DNA from: Phoronis australis
Taxonomy: Eukaryota; Animalia; Phoronida
Reading direction: 5' to 3'
Length of the DNA stretch: 64,000 bases
Assembly: GCA_002633005.1 (NCBI GenBank)
Contig: NMRA01000171.1
Coordinates: 186,001-250,000, forward strand
In this document: piece after piece, positions 37,731 through 50,577 of the stretch
Position numbering within the stretch: the first letter of the stretch is position 1
How the letters are laid out: each line of letters starts with the position of its first letter
Notes under the pieces: model-generated
The model's database searches: none
Seen by the model: only the letters and a program-made list of their open reading frames with translations
Told to the model about the DNA's origin: nothing
Translations under genes and position numbers: made by a program

Positions 37731-39396
37731 AGGAGAATGCCACCCGATTTAATTAGTCTTTTTTACCGTCTTAATCGGTCTATATCCACATCGCCTCTTG
37801 TACAGTCGACCTCACCTTGCCGAGAGGTGTCGCGTTAACCTGTGAGGAAGGTGAGAAATGACGCAGCGACGTCAGTGGTTCGTCTGCTGAGTGAATGCCG
37901 CTATATTGCGGTACATCGTTCCCGCTTGTCAGAACTATGAAGCTGCAAAGAAAGTGGATATATAGTTTTTTCAACTTCCTCGAGAGCCCGAAATGCTTAG
38001 GAAGTGGTTCGCGGTAGTGAAGAATGAAAGGTACGCTGTTAATAGCAAATATGAGGTCGTGAAATGTCTCCGTGTCTGTGGTGGACATTTCGTTGACAGT
38101 GATTTCTCTGACGAATTCCGACTTACCAAAGAACTATTCATACGTTCCGTTGCCTATGCATGTTCACGGCGCCTCTCTAGTATTTCTTGATCAGTGTATT
38201 CCAGTTCGAACTGATAGCTTGTGAAACCTAACGATTCGACCCGTGGAGTCTTCGTCAGATGAGGTCTTGACTAAGTCGGGATTGGCGGCGAGCGTTGTGT
38301 TTCAAAATGAATTATTCTCATCCTAACCAATGCTTGTATGAAACTGAAACAAAGTCTGTCTCATTAGATACAATTTGTAATGCCTTGGAGTGCTCGTGAG
38401 TGCAAATGTTTTGAGAAGCCAGCAATGAATAAACCACTGCGTTACCGGCTTTTGATGCTTGCAACAAAGGTAATTGACTGGGCACCGAGGCCATGTGAGC
38501 GCATGCTAATTCAGTGTTTGCTGACAGGAAGCTGTTGTGAAACAATTACTCGATTTTACGTATATGCTATGGTCACATGTGAAGGGAATCTTTAATTAGA
38601 AATACAAATACATTATTCAAATCATTGTTACTGTACAACCTTTTCCCTGATGGTCTATGGAAAGGGAATCCGGCTTCGCTGCCCCCAACAAGTAAGTAGA
38701 TTTTCGGTTTCGTGGCTAATTCACATAAATAGTTACGTGCACATTATTTCTTTGGCTCCCTATTACTAGTCTTTTCGTGACTGGAGGTTTAGTTTCCAAC
38801 TCAAGCTGGTTTATGTTCGTGCCAGTCCCAGCGGCCGCGACAGGCCTGATCGGGTTCCGAGCCACTGGCCGAGATAATGAGTCAATCCGGCCGCGACGCT
38901 GGGCCTAGTGATCGGGTTCCGAGCCACTGGCCGGAATAATAAGTGTTTTGTGTGTTTAAAATCACAAGTACAAACAACACAGATCTAGGTTTTCCTGTCT
39001 GTATTTCACGGAAGAATACTTTGAATTTATCTCCGAACAGACCCCAAACTCCTGCTACGGACCTTGGTAAATTAGCCTGCCGAACTTTGTAGGCTACGGT
39101 GTATTTAAATACCAGTAAATCCATAACTGCAAAATAAAACAACATGTTTTTATAAGAATTTGGTGTATTTTTAAGGGTTTTACATCGAAGTTTGATGATT
39201 TATTGGTGTTAAACGTTGAATTCCAGCAATAAGCTGACACCACTAACCCGTGTTGTTAACTGCTGAACAGACTGCTTGTGAAACCAATTACGTCAATGGA
39301 TAATTTCAATACCTCCGTCTGCCGTCAGGTGTCAGGTAACGCAACCGAACATGAAAATTGATACAAAATAGGTTGTTTTTTGGGTGGCATTCTCCT
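37731..39396 (+). mobile_element. Non-autonomous Kolobok-type DNA transposon with a THAP remnant, in an intron of the zinc-finger gene
   Basis: Perfect 15-bp TIRs AGGAGAATGCCACCC / GGGTGGCATTCTCCT, each flanked by TTAA (37727-37730, 39397-39400); internal IVPACQN...*FFQLPREPEMLRKW...RVCGGHF THAP signature with a stop. Confidence 0.85.
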
Positions 39397-39570
39397 TTAA
39401 AGCAGACAATCTTCCCTCATAGACTGCAACAGTATTCTCATTGACTGCATGCTTTTCTCATCAATACTTCTTTCTGACAAGGAGCCATTCTTTTTTCATG
39501 TAATCACCCTTTGTGATAACCTGAAGGAGTATTGTACATACTGGAGTTATATCATTGCATTCCATTACAG

Positions 39571-39722
39571 GAGATCTCCGTCGTCACATCCGCTATGTTC
39601 ACTTGAAACAGAAGAAACTTCTTTGTGGCCTCTGTCCTCGCAAGTATGTGTCGGAGAAAACTCTATTACGCCACATGCAGATAGCCCACGGTGAAGACAT
39701 CATCAAGTCATTAAACAGTTAG
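39571..39722 (+). CDS. C2H2 zinc-finger protein, last coding exon (end of finger 4, finger 5)
   Basis: ttacag|GA GAT...DLRRHIRYVH...CGLCPRKYVSEKTLLRHMQIAH...TAG; completes the split finger in phase 1; 267 aa in total. Confidence 0.85.
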
Positions 39723-42700
39723 TCTAGGTAAATCAGTTTTAGCATCTCCTTAAAGCCTAATTTGAATGGTAACAGGCATGAATTTGGTTGCTCAAATAGG
39801 TTTTAAGTATCAGTATGAGGAAAATAATGCCATAAATAATGAAATGTTATGTCCTGCAGTTAGGCTTATTGGCTTACATTAGCCTAGGTCACTATGAGAA
39901 TCCTTTTGGTGTTCTGTTTCAGACATCAGTTCGTGGCTACAACTTTCAACCCTTCGTTCCTTGTTCTTGGATGACACGATTTGTCACGAAAAGGTTACTT
40001 CACCGATCATCTTGTGTGTCTGCCGTTTCATTGGTTAGAATTGCATTAATGTACTTTATGTTGTTAAAGTATCATTGTGACTGTTTGGACAGCCCAACAT
40101 GCCTAACTTTATAGAAATGCGTCCAAGGAAGGCTTTAGGGGTGAAATTTGTATTGGCACAAAATGTTAGTTCTTTGTATTCATTTATATAATCAGTTGTT
40201 TGAACTATGTTGATGTGTTAAAACCTGTCACATGTTCATCTTTAAACTAAACTCTTGAGTGATTGTCCGATGTTTTAGTGTACATAGTCATAGCTCATTA
40301 AGAAAGGGAACACGTGTATTTCTTCACAAACTGTAGAATATTTTGCGTTATTTTTGAGGGATTTTATAAATTAGACACATCATCTCTACTGCTGCATGTC
40401 ATTTTCAATCTCTGATAAAACAGAAACTGGAAGCTCATCATGCAAAAACAGTTTAATAAGCTACTGATCTTTTGAAGTGTGCCAGTTCCTGTTTAGCTGG
40501 TCCTCCGAGAAAGATTGACCTTAAAACCTTAGGGTGTTCAAGTCTGGTACTGTTTTACTTGATAATTTACGTGTCCAGGTGCTAATATGATAGAAAATTT
40601 AACAAAACCAATGATGATAATATTAACATTCAAAACCCAAATGCTACTCAGCAGCTAGACCTACGCACCTAATACAAATCAGCTGAGGTGCTCTCTGCCA
40701 ACAGGCACCTACTCCCTTGTGAAGCTCCCCTGTCCTTGTGGTCGTGAGGCATCATCATACCTGGCTTTCAACATAAGGTCACGACCTAATTTATGAGTCA
40801 AAGCATTAAACCTAACAACAACTGCCGCATGATTATCAATCAACAAGTCTGAAGGAACCGGAAGGCCCCCTAGGAAGATCAAACACATAACGCTCTCTAG
40901 TAAACTGACTGCTCAAACTCTCTGAGAATTTTGTCTTTTTCTGGCATATTCTCTTTGGGATTCACACCCATAGTGTCTAGATCCCAAGCTATTTCAGACT
41001 ATTCTCAGCAATATCGTGTAATAATAGAAGTTGGCAGGCACTGTCTATCTACAGGGTTTCCATGACCTACAGACCTAGACAGGACCCTCCCAAATACTGT
41101 TTCGTGAGCTATAGGTCCCTTAGGTAATCGCACGAAACCAACTTTAAACAACTTCCAGCAGTTATCCTATCGCAACCAGCAAGTCAACCTGTTGGTCACC
41201 ATCTTTATACTTATCAGCCATGCACTGACCAGCAAACCCTTGTAACACTGAAAAGGGGATTTGCAGTCTATACAGCTGTAAAAGAAACAGTGTCATCAAT
41301 ATGCACAACTTTGACACCAATTTTATACAAGTTTTTAGTACTTGATGACTTGCCACCACCAAAGGCAGAATATGTTATGTTCTGTGAACAAAATGGCAAA
41401 AACAAACACTAATTCCTCCACTGCAAGTAACGTGATCACAAAACACAGTCCACTTTTGAGAAAAACACAAGTCCACTAGCCATTCAATGTTCTTTCAAGC
41501 ACAAAGTTATATGTGGGGTGGGCTTTTCGTGGGCTTCGGCACCACAATGATCAGGCTGGCACAAGATATTCTTCACAAAGACTGATAAAACTCACGTTTT
41601 GATGATCACACAACTTTTTTAGTTTTGTTTTGACAGATCACGACACTAATACGTCACAACTACATCATACCAACAGCTAGTGCCACCTGGCGGACAATAA
41701 TCCAAACCAATATTGTTAACAAATATACACAAACATATAAAGTCTTCCTCGACTGTTTGCTGATTGTCGTAATAGAGAATTTCTATCATGATTTTCTAAA
41801 ATACAAGGTTAACCCTGGAACCTTAATGAGTGAAAATTGCACCAGAATTTACATTTTACATGCCTTTATTCTGAAAATGTCAAGAGATTCCCAGTCCCTC
41901 CACATAGCTGCCATGCAGTCTAAGAAAAAGACTCAATCTTAAGTCCCCTAAATGCACTTCATACAATGACTGAACATTAAGTCCTAAAGTATAAGTATTA
42001 ATTCTGAAAATCACTTTGTGACTCAACTAGTGTTGAGAATTCAATGCTTTGAACTGTTGGGCTTTTCGTCAAACTGAGTCAAGGTCAACATATATCATTT
42101 GAGGTTGGAAATTAAAATATGTACACTTAAAATGGTACTGACCGGATACAGCACACAACTTGCTGCTGTACAAGCACTTGGTGTAGTGTTTACCACTGTT
42201 TGTGAGAGTCTCCATTAAATAATCTAAAAATCTCGAAGGTCAGGGGACCTTCCATACTATTTTTTTTCAATTTCAGAAAGGTTTGGACTGTTGACATCTT
42301 ATTGAAAATCACCAAAAACAACTTCTTTGTTGCACCTAAACTGATACCAACTTCCATAAAACGAATTGGCTTCATGGGTAATTCATCTTTTGTCTTAGCA
42401 TTGTCCCCCTTCCATAAAAAAGGCATATGTTTGCAAGAATAGTATCCATTTTTCAAATGGAAAAAATATTTAGATGGATTTTCACCTTATTCGATCTATT
42501 TGGCCTTAGTCCTAATCATGAGACTTAGTAATTTTTCACTTCTCAAATCATAAAGTGCATGACCTCAATACATGAATGACATACCAGATCTGTCATAAAA
42601 CAAATGTGAAAAGAAAGCGTCATGTATAAACACAAAAAATCAAAGAGCCAGAAAGCTTCAACCTCACTTCCACTTAAAAAGTATATAAAAACAATATCCC

Positions 42701-43789
42701 AGGAAAAAAATACATACCTAATCAATGGAGTTCAGCTCACTAAGTACTTATTTTAAAAAAGAAAAAGCTATTCATCTCATCTAACATGAGCTTAACAACA
42801 ATTCTAACAAAAAAGAGAGGAACATATATCGTACACCTTGCATTTTGTTCATAGAGCAATATCAATCAGCATAAATATAGTGAAAATAAGAATGTGCCTC
42901 TCAGTTATTTACACTCCGACTCTGTCAGTGAGAATGTTCTAGCTGTCTTGTCCACGCAGAAAGGGTGCGATATCACTCATTGTTGACACAAAACATTTTC
43001 CCGTCAGTGTACAAACTGTCTGTGTACTCAAAAAGGCTGCCTTAAGAACTGCAACAAGTGGTTTTCACCCTTGTAGCATGACCCACGGGTAGTCCTCAGT
43101 CACAAAATAATTGGTCACTTTGAATCGATTACACTCCGACCATTCTTCTCTCATTCATAGAACGTAAATTTGGTGATAGTTGTTGTGACGACACCACAGG
43201 CCGGGCAATCCGGATTAAAGAAAACACTTTGGTTCTGTGTCACATATATACGTTTACTGAAAAAACAACAAACTACAATCAGCGAGATATCAAAATCTAC
43301 CAAACGGACTCTGCATACAGGATAACATTCCTCTCTAGCTAAACAGCAAAACTTATAAACAGTAACTAAACTAGCAGTTAAGTCAGACTAAACAAGAGTA
43401 AGCAACTCACTGACCAAATTCTAGTTACTGGCTTTACACAGTATAAGAGAAAACAAAATAACAAAATTTCAACTTACAGAATGTGAAGCCCTGTGGCCGC
43501 CAAACCTAACATCTGTCTCACAAGACTGTCAGAAAACTAATGCAGCGGCTGTGCACCACACCCATGGTCAATCTGAATACATCTCCATAACAATGGTTCA
43601 AAGACAATAGCTCAATGAAAATGCAAGAGCACATGTGTCACTCTACAGGAAGTAGAGAAGACACCTGGTGGCCACACTACAAACTACATAAACAAAACAA
43701 ACCCTGGCTAAGTGAACTAACAATAGTGGCCCTGGGTTTACTATCTCATTCACTTCCACGTTCTATATTCTCTCTCGAATGACAGTATC

Positions 43790-44070
43790 TATCTAAATAA
43801 CACTTTTGAGAATGTCAGTAAATTTGTCTTTACAACAATCACCCTCACTCTCAGGTATACCTCCCAACCTCATGTTTGCCCTACGTGATTGCAACTCGAG
43901 ATTTCACAGTTGTTTCCTCATAATCTCATTTTCCTCTGTCAAGATTCTAATCTTTTCCTCGTTGGACTTGGAACGTGTTTTGCTTTCTTTGCCTAAAGCA
44001 TGGATGATCTCTATTGCCTTGATTTCACGGAGTGTCTCTTTTATAACTGGAATCGATCTGTTTCTTTAAA
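43790..44070 (-). mobile_element. LINE ORF1 remnant (L1/CR1-type coiled coil and RRM start)
   Basis: ENEIMRKQL*NLELQSRRANMRLGGIPESEG matches the SRRxNLRIxGIPE ORF1 motif. Confidence 0.6.
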
Positions 44071-44299
44071 TCACTGAGCCATTGCGGTTGTTGTTCAGAC
44101 CCACTGGTTTGAGTCTTTTAGGTTGAAGCAGACTGTGATCACTTTACAACTGACTGACAAATTCTTTTAGCTTAAGGTCCAAAACTTTTTAACATAACAA
44201 ATCATAACTTTTTGCCAGTGTTATATCAATGAATCAATACTTCTAAGATGTTGGTCATGTAATATACGCTAGATCATTTTACAACTATGCTTGATAGAT

Positions 44300-44700
44300 T
44301 ATACAGCGTGAACATTTTGTCAATTTCCACAAACAGCTGTTCACTGGTGAGTCGTATCATTATGAAAGAAATTCGGTGGTTTACGACAATCCTGTTCTCG
44401 GAAAAAAGACTTACAAGTTCAGCCACAACTTTTCACTGTTTGAGTTTGTGGATTCGTCAAGGTTTAGAGAGAACGGTGTCTCCCTTAACTCTGTGAGAAG
44501 CTCTTCGTGCAGAGTTTCTGCCACACCATATTTAAGCTTATATGAGGCAGTGGAGTCATCAAGTCGCATTTGCTCAACTACAGGCTTGCCATTGGCGATT
44601 GTCTTAACTAGATCCAGTAACTTTGCTGCAGCTGACACTGGCAGGGAATTCTCAGCAATAAAGGCAATTAGCTGCAACAAAAGATATTTTTGTGAAATTA
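44300..44700 (-). mobile_element. hAT-like DDE transposase fragment
   Basis: AFIAENSLP...ASYKLKYGVA...PFSLNLDESTN contains the first catalytic Asp motif; frameshifted afterwards. Confidence 0.7.
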
Positions 44701-45659
44701 AAACAAAAATAATAACGCAACATTTGCAGTGTGATTGACAGAAGCTTAGTTCTTGATTTGCTGTAGTACTTTAAAAGGGGACTAGTCAAAATAATGTTGC
44801 AGTTAATCGGTTCCAACAAACAAATAAAACTCACATTTGCCCGACTTGCAGTCAAAACAAAAGCGGATTTGTATTAATGGTCAAATCACTGAATCCCGAA
44901 AGCGATTGCTGATTGGCTGATGTGTCAGTGACGTGAATGGCGGGGTATCGGCTGCTTTTCACATTCATTGCTTATGCCATATTGTGAAGAGTTTACATCA
45001 TAATTTATCATTGCATCAGTAATCCTTATTTTTTATTGTCTGCCATAGTGTTGCAAAAGGTTCGCCATACCTTTTTGTATGGCACCTGGCTGTTCAAACT
45101 CTTTGACAAAGGTGTCTTATAAGGTAAGGGACATCGCATACCATCGGTTACCTCTAGATAAACACGGGTTATTTCTTATATCATCAGTCTTTATTGCACA
45201 GCCAGACAATATGACAAAGACTGATGGCGATCTACAAAACAAATAAAACATCCGTGACTTATGAGTAGATCTACGCTAGCTACAGCCTGTAATAAACTAA
45301 TGACAAACTGAACTGTGTGCTTAAACTAACGTAGAAAATATATCTGAAACTAAATAAGGCGATCCAGATCCTCCCAAGGATACTATTGTTTCATGAAATG
45401 AAGAATATAAATCGGTAAATAAAACAACAAGAATGGATCAACTGAAATTTGAAATTTTCAGATGTAATAACTTCCTTTGTCAACAAAAACAGAAATAAAG
45501 TAAAATCAAACACAAAATGACAATTGACATATAAGATATGGTGTAATGAATTCAATGACAATTGACATATAAGATATGGTGTAATGAATTCATAATTCCA
45601 TAGAGGCCTAGGTATATGGAAAGTCTTGCATCCAGGAAGGCTTCCGGGTGGTGCGAGTG

Positions 45660-46685
45660 GAACGACGAGGTCCGTCCATACAAATGGTGTGTGGGGCTTC
45701 AACAAGTCACGAAATACTTTCATGCGGTCGGCCATGCTAAAGGCATACGATACCTGGTTGAGGAGTCCGAACCAGGAGCGCATGTCAGTAAGTGACTGTG
45801 GGGTGGGGAAGTCCAGGATTGTGCTAAGGAACGCCCTGCAGGGACAAGCAGAGTCTCGAGTGATCTCAAATCTGGCAAACTCGACCGAGTCCCGGCCAAA
45901 GGTAAACTTGTCCGGGTTGAGTATGATACCATTATTTCCACAGAGCTCCAGCCATTCGCAGGCCTGGTAAAAGCTTTCCTCCAGGGTGTCTGCCCAGAGC
46001 AAAGTGTTGCCTATACACTTCGTCTTCTTCTGTATATGCGCGACCAGCTCATCAAAGCGGCAGGTGTATGCATCGCCAGATGCTATGTACCCTTGATGGG
46101 CCACACGGTATCGGTATCGATCCCATGGGATGATAAAAGTGATGAAATGATGGTCTTCCTGACAAATAGGTTCACTGTGATGTCCTTTCCAAGCGTCGAA
46201 GACTGTTTTTTTGTCTTCAGCGGGACCGATCTGACCTGATGTAATGGGGATGGGGTGTTGTGTGTCTCTCGCAAGGCATGCTTGTTGAGTGGCTGGAGGT
46301 TGACGGTTCGGCGGGGCATTCCGTTTTTCTTTGCACAGACCACCATACGATGGCATCACGTCACAGGTTCCCTCACCGGAACTGGTTCGATGACTCCCAA
46401 ACGGACGTCTTGGTCAAGGCACGCTTTCATGGCAGACTGCCAGTGGATAGGTACTGGGACTGAGGTATGGCAAGCCACGGGAGTCTCGTCGGGGTCGATC
46501 ATTAGATGCATGGGCGGCCCTGGCATGAGCGGGAGGGGCTGGTGTTCACAAGTGTTGAATGTGCTCGATCGATAACGGTCCTGCAGGTAAGTCTCAAGCT
46601 TCGACCTATTTTCCTTTGTGGCAGGGAAAGGCAAGCCATTGGGCATCGGTGGTGGGAGCGTGCGTTTCGGGCAGGAGCAAAGCGC
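45660..46685 (-). mobile_element. Ty3/Gypsy pol fragment (reverse transcriptase), degenerate
   Basis: LGVIEPV...MVVCAKKNG.PRRTVNLQPLNK, FDAWKG, TFIIPW.RYRY, LNPDKF, MRSWFGLLNQ; stop and frameshifts; catalytic DD mutated. Confidence 0.9.
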
Positions 46686-46973
46686 TAGACTGTAATAAAC
46701 TAATGACAAACTGAACTGTGTGCTTAAACTAACAGACTATATACATGAATCTAAAGCTAATGTACCTGTAGAATTGTTCACAGGGACTGTGGGTTGGGGC
46801 TGCCATATTGAGAACAGCCAGCGCCACCTATAGGGGAACATAGTGAGCCCTCTAGTGGCAGGACCAATATTGTCTAACCTCTGCGTAACGCACCGTTGTT
46901 GAAGTTGTGGGTGGCAGCTATGAAGCTGAAGAATCCGTCCGTGAACAAACATAACCGTTACAAAAAGGAAAGG

Positions 46974-47237
46974 TCACCTCCTGCAGACATGATCAACTAA
47001 TCTGTTCGTGATTGTTCCTCTGAGTACTTCTCTAATCGATTCCCTCAAAGAAATTAACATGACCTCCAAGACTACTGGCTCAAGGCACACTTTCTTGAAG
47101 TCTTCTGTTTCAGAAAGACAATTTTCAATTGAAGATTTCTTCATGTTGAACTCACTTTTTTCGAGGCAGCAAACACACTCAACTTCTGAGGGTATGAGTC
47201 CGCACTGCCCAGTCACACCAGTGTAAATTATAGCCAC
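46974..47237 (-). pseudogene. Cys-rich P2X7-ballast/nanor/KolX-like domain remnant
   Basis: NLHWC (frameshift) GQCGLIPSEVECVCCLE...CLSETEDFKKVCLEPVVL...TNR matches WCxCGxCxxMxTxxECxCCxE...CIT...F..VCL...VL. Confidence 0.65.
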
Positions 47238-47414
47238 GAGATAGATGGTTGCACAAACATATTTTCGTCCAACAATGATGACGACTGGGTGTTACTTTGT
47301 GTGACTTTAGTCTCAAACAGGTTTCCCTGGCGACCTGACATTTCACAATATAATATCTTATTCTGACTACGAAGAACACCACGCTAAAATATGGCGCTGA
47401 CTAACTTTGACCCT

Positions 47415-50146
47415 GCAAGATACGTATTGAGAAGGTGTGCTCCAAGTGGGTGATTACAGAACTCTTTCAACCAAGTTTTTTTAGTTAAATTTAAAAATAT
47501 ACGTTTACGTTTTGCTGCTGAATCATTTGTGAAATTAATCAACAACTCAGAAAACTATCCAAAATTTATTCATATTAAGTTGAATTCCCTTTTAAAGTTA
47601 TCAGCTACCTTTGTCACAAAGGACTCGTGATTTTAACACATACAACTACATATTTTTAATATTTGATGATCATAGTGTATTCTTCCCACCCAGAGACCTA
47701 AAATACAGTGTTGTGTTTACTATTTCATTAAACAATGCACTCTCCTTACTGGCACACCTCTTATGGCTTGATTCAGTATGCATTGCCCCTTAAATTAAAA
47801 AAAAATTGTGGAAAAATACAAAAGTATATTCACATGTCAACCAGTGGGAAACAATGCCCTCATCATCTTGGCATTTCTTTATCAATTCTTCCACGAGCTC
47901 GGGCGACTCGTATCTATCTTCTAACATTTGCCACATGGCGTCCAATCCATGTGGGTCTCTCCTTCCAGGCACCGTGTGATCAAGTTGTCAACTAGTTCGA
48001 AGATTTCGTTGATGGTGGTTGTCTTGGTATCGATTTCCGGGATTATCGCTGGTTTTGGAGCATTGTAAAATCATGATGGTGTGATGGTTGCTCTCTAAGG
48101 ATGCACTTCCATACAGCTTGCAACTTGTTGACATGGCTCTGTCTCAGGTAGCGGTATTATTAGGATCCCTTCTCTGTCCTCTTATGAGTATGTCTTGCCT
48201 TGTGGCTCCATGGTGATTGGTTGACCTTCTTACTATTCTGTCCCAGGCAGCGGTTTACCGAAGAAAAACACCAGTTTTCGTTTAACAGGGTATACTTCAG
48301 ATGGGAAGAACTACAATACTATATTGCACAAAAATCCATGCTGGACACTTGAACAGGAGATTACGAAACTACATGAGCTTTGAGCGGAAGTTGCATTACG
48401 AAATCAAAATGTTAAGAAAATGAAAGAAAATTACTTAAAAAACAAATCTAGAAAAAATTAGCAGGTGCACAGAATATAGAGGTCATCAGAAGGAAAGTTT
48501 ATACGAATCATTTGCTAAAGAAATCAAACTTACAATGTAATTTGTACAAGTTTAGGAGCACAAATCTACACGGGTTCACGGTGAATAAAGCAAGGCGCAT
48601 GCGCAGAAAAGGGAGAAACATACCGACAACTCAAAAATGCGTGCCAGTACAATTATCATGTAACAGGAGTGCCCTGGACATGATTATGTAAGTAAGATAT
48701 ATGCGCCCTCTAGTGGTCAAGCTGTGTATTACGTATGGAATTTTCCTATGATGTTGAGTCCTTTGGACATGGCCAAATATGGTCAGAAGCTAGGAGCTAT
48801 GGGCCTTGCCCTTCAGATCGTGTCTGATTGGTTGAAATTGTGTACTTAAGCTTTGTCTCTGTCAGACACGAGGAGTCCAGTCGCAGAGTTCAAGAAGCAA
48901 ACANGCAAGATACGTATTGAGAAGGTGTGCTCCAAGTGGGTGATTACAGAACTCTTTCAACTAAGTTTTTTTAGTTAAATTTAAAAATATACGTTTACGT
49001 TTTGCTGCTGAATCATTTGTGAAATTAATCAACAACTCAGAAAACTATCCAAAATTTATTCATATTAAGTTGAGTTCCCTTTTAAAGTTATCAGCTACCT
49101 TTGTCACAAAGGACTCGTGATTTTAACACATACAACTACATATTTTTAATTGATGATCATAGTGTATTCTTCCCACCCAGAGACCTAAAATCCAGTGTTG
49201 TGTTTACTATTTCATTAAACAACGCACTCTCCTTACTGGCACACCTCTTACGGCTTGATTCAGTATGCATTGCCCCTTAAATTAAAAAAAATTGTGGAAA
49301 AATACAAAAGTATATTCACATGTCAACCAGTGGGAAACAATGCCCTCATCATCTTGGCATTTCTTTATCAATTCTTCCAGGAGCTCGGGCGACTCGTATC
49401 TATCTTCTAACCTTTGCCACATGGCGTCCAATCCATGTGGGTCTCTCCTTCCAGGCGCTGTGTGATCAAGTTGTCGACTAGTTCGAAGATTTCGTTGATG
49501 GTTGTTGTCTTAGTATCGATTTCCGGGATTATCGCTGGTTTTGGAGCATAGTAAAATCATGATGGTGTGATGGTTGCTCTCTAAGGATGCACTTCCATAC
49601 AGCTTGCAACTTGTTGACATGGCTTTGTCTCAGGTAGCGGTATCATTAGGATCCCTTCTCTGTCCTCTTATGAGTATGTCTTGCCTTGTGGCTCCATGGT
49701 GATTGGTTGACCTTCTTACTATTCTGGCCCAGGCAGCAGTTTACCGAAGAAAAACACCAGTTTTTCGTTTAACAGGGTGTACTTCAGATGGGAAGAACTA
49801 CAATACTATATTGCACAAAAATCCATGCTGGACACTTGAACAGGAGATTACGAAACTACATGAGCTTAGAGCGGAAGTTGCATTACGAAATCAAAATGTT
49901 AAGAAAATGTAAGAAAATTACTTATAAAACAAATCTAGAAAAAATTAGCAGGTGCACAGAATATAGAGGTCATCAGAAGGAAAGTTTATACGAATCATTT
50001 GCTAAAGAAATCAAACTTACAATGTAATTTGTACAAGTTTAGGAGCACAAATCTACACGGGTTCACTGTGAATAAAGCAAGGCGCATGCGCAGAAAAGGG
50101 AGAAAAATAGCGACAACTCAAAAATGCGTGCCAGTACAATTATCAT
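47415..50146. repeat. ~1.24-kb near-identical duplication (47415-48659 and 48905-50146) with N at 48904
   Basis: gcaagatacgtattgagaagg...ccagtacaattatcat occurs twice with scattered SNPs. Confidence 0.9.
48659..48903 (+). mobile_element. Probable LTR 5' end, truncated at the contig break
   Basis: Begins TGTAACA exactly where the first copy of the duplication departs from the second. Confidence 0.45.
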
Positions 50147-50577
50147 AAACATCTTCTGCACTGCTGTTGTACACCATGTCTACTTCAACACTAAGTGGAT
50201 GGTCTTCACCACCGAAATTATAGTCAGCAGTTGTGTCTTCCTCCTGATGTAGAAGTTCTTCATCACTTGTACCATCATCAGGTGTGTTGTCCTCTGATTC
50301 AGAGTTACCAAAAGTATCTGCAGTCTTCACCTATGAGTACCCCTTTCACTCATGGCATTTGTCACAGAAGTTCTGGTTCTTGCTGCTCGTACCGCACTTC
50401 CAACCATGCTCCTTGTGCAGTATCACCAGCTTCACCACCTCTGGTTCTCATACCTCTTCTCCTGTTTCTTGCCCCTCTTCCTATGTCACATCTTGTTCTC
50501 ACGCCTGTCCTCATTCTCAAGCCTACACCACCTCTGTTGGTCGTGCCTCTATGCACAGCTCTGGCTGTAAAGTTTGT

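Noticed and set aside
45391-46359. 322-aa ORF as a functional gene
   Set aside because: It is a Gypsy RT with the catalytic DD lost (CIGNTLL), frameshifted upstream and running into unrelated repeat sequence.
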